Positions 63,554 through 64,000 of a DNA stretch of 64,000 nt are shown here, piece by piece. Under the pieces are notes generated by a model. That model did no database searches, was not told the origin of the DNA, and was given only the letters and a program-made list of their open reading frames with translations. Source of the stretch: Alphaproteobacteria bacterium (lineage in GTDB: Bacteria; Pseudomonadota; Alphaproteobacteria; Sphingomonadales; Sphingomonadaceae); the NCBI GenBank assembly GCA_018970445.1, contig JAGWWF010000009.1, positions 2,141 through 66,140 on the forward strand. The letters run 5' to 3'. Both the position numbers and the translations under genes were made by a program. The first letter of the stretch is position 1. Each line of letters begins with the position of its first letter.

Positions 63554-64000
63554 TCAGCCTTCCCGGCCCTGCACCGGATCCAGCACCGTATCGGCCGCCA
63601 CCGGCAACAGGCCTGGATAATCGGTGCTGCAATGCAGGCCGCGGCTTTCCTTGCGCCGCCGGGCCGATCGCACGATCAGATCGGCCACCGTCACCAGGTT
63701 GCGCAATTCGATCAGATCGGCGGTCACGCGGAAATTGCCGTAATAATCCTGCACTTCCTTGCGCAGCGTCTTCACCCGGTGGGCGGCGCGTTCCAGCCGC
63801 TTGTCGGTGCGCACGATGCCCACATAATCCCACATGGTGCGGCGCAGTTCATCCCAGTTGTGGGCGATCACCACTTCTTCATCGCTGTCGGTCACGCGGC
63901 TTTCGTCCCAGGGCGTCACCTGCGGCAGCGGCGCATCGCGGCGGCTGGCGGCAATATCGTCGGCGGCGGCCTGGCCGAACACCAGACATTCCAGCAGGCT
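63554..64000 (-). CDS. nadB: L-aspartate oxidase, C-terminal 148 codons; the 5' part lies beyond the right edge
   Basis: The frame is open to position 64000 (SLLECLVFGQAAADDI...). The C-terminal helical domain contains MWDYVGIVRTDKRLERA and ESRGLHCSTDYP. Confidence 0.85.
   Translation of the reverse strand, partial: SLLECLVFGQAAADDIAASRRDAPLPQVTPWDESRVTDSDEEVVIAHNWDELRRTMWDYVGIVRTDKRLERAAHRVKTLRKEVQDYYGNFRVTADLIELRNLVTVADLIVRSARRRKESRGLHCSTDYPGLLPVAADTVLDPVQGREG

Overview
This is a high-GC chromosomal segment; hand counts of individual 60-nt lines mostly give 60-72% GC. The gene content (many TonB-dependent and secreted-peptidase genes, PEPxxWA-type PEP-CTERM tails, DUF1244, DUF2312, DUF1489) suggests an alphaproteobacterium of the Sphingomonadales type, which is inference only. 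I call about 60 protein genes, one tRNA-Pro(CGG), one decayed gene and several repeat elements. Layout: 0-17 kb holds secreted or periplasmic peptidases (M16, M28, M20, M1), purEK, an MBL-hydrolase/arylsulfatase pair and a TonB-dependent receptor. 17-19.6 kb holds a MacB/FtsX-type ABC transporter with a DUF3299 partner and a His-rich permease loop. 19.6-27.5 kb holds a serine hydrolase, a GH36 alpha-galactosidase, ugd, a (Pro-Thr)16 surface lipoprotein, tRNA-Pro and an FprA-type reductase. 27.5-32 kb holds two tandem PEP-CTERM proteins next to a LuxR/HisKA_3 two-component pair. After lepA, the rest is housekeeping (mgtE, queA, ppi, coaD, ispA, xseB, rpmJ, pyk, yebC, ruvCAB, leuC, nadB) plus a 7TM GGDEF-EAL protein. 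The strongest candidate for something undescribed is a low-GC (about 43-55% by hand count) two-gene cassette at 33.9-37.1 kb, sitting exactly between lepA and the DUF1489-mgtE block. Its genes are a 304-aa protein and a 699-aa helical protein with three TPR-like repeats; the second gene starts 2 nt after the stop of the first, and I can assign neither to a known family. Other notable items: a DUF559 nuclease ORF bounded by 36-bp terminal inverted repeats between yebC and ruvC; an ORF-less 80-bp palindromic copy of the same repeat family at 50.7 kb; a frameshifted GreA-family remnant; and an unassigned atypical 0.74-kb stretch at 42.2-42.9 kb. Many long ORFs in the supplied track are antisense or out-of-frame shadows typical of GC-rich DNA and were rejected. 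All family assignments rest on motifs I read in the translations, not on database searches.
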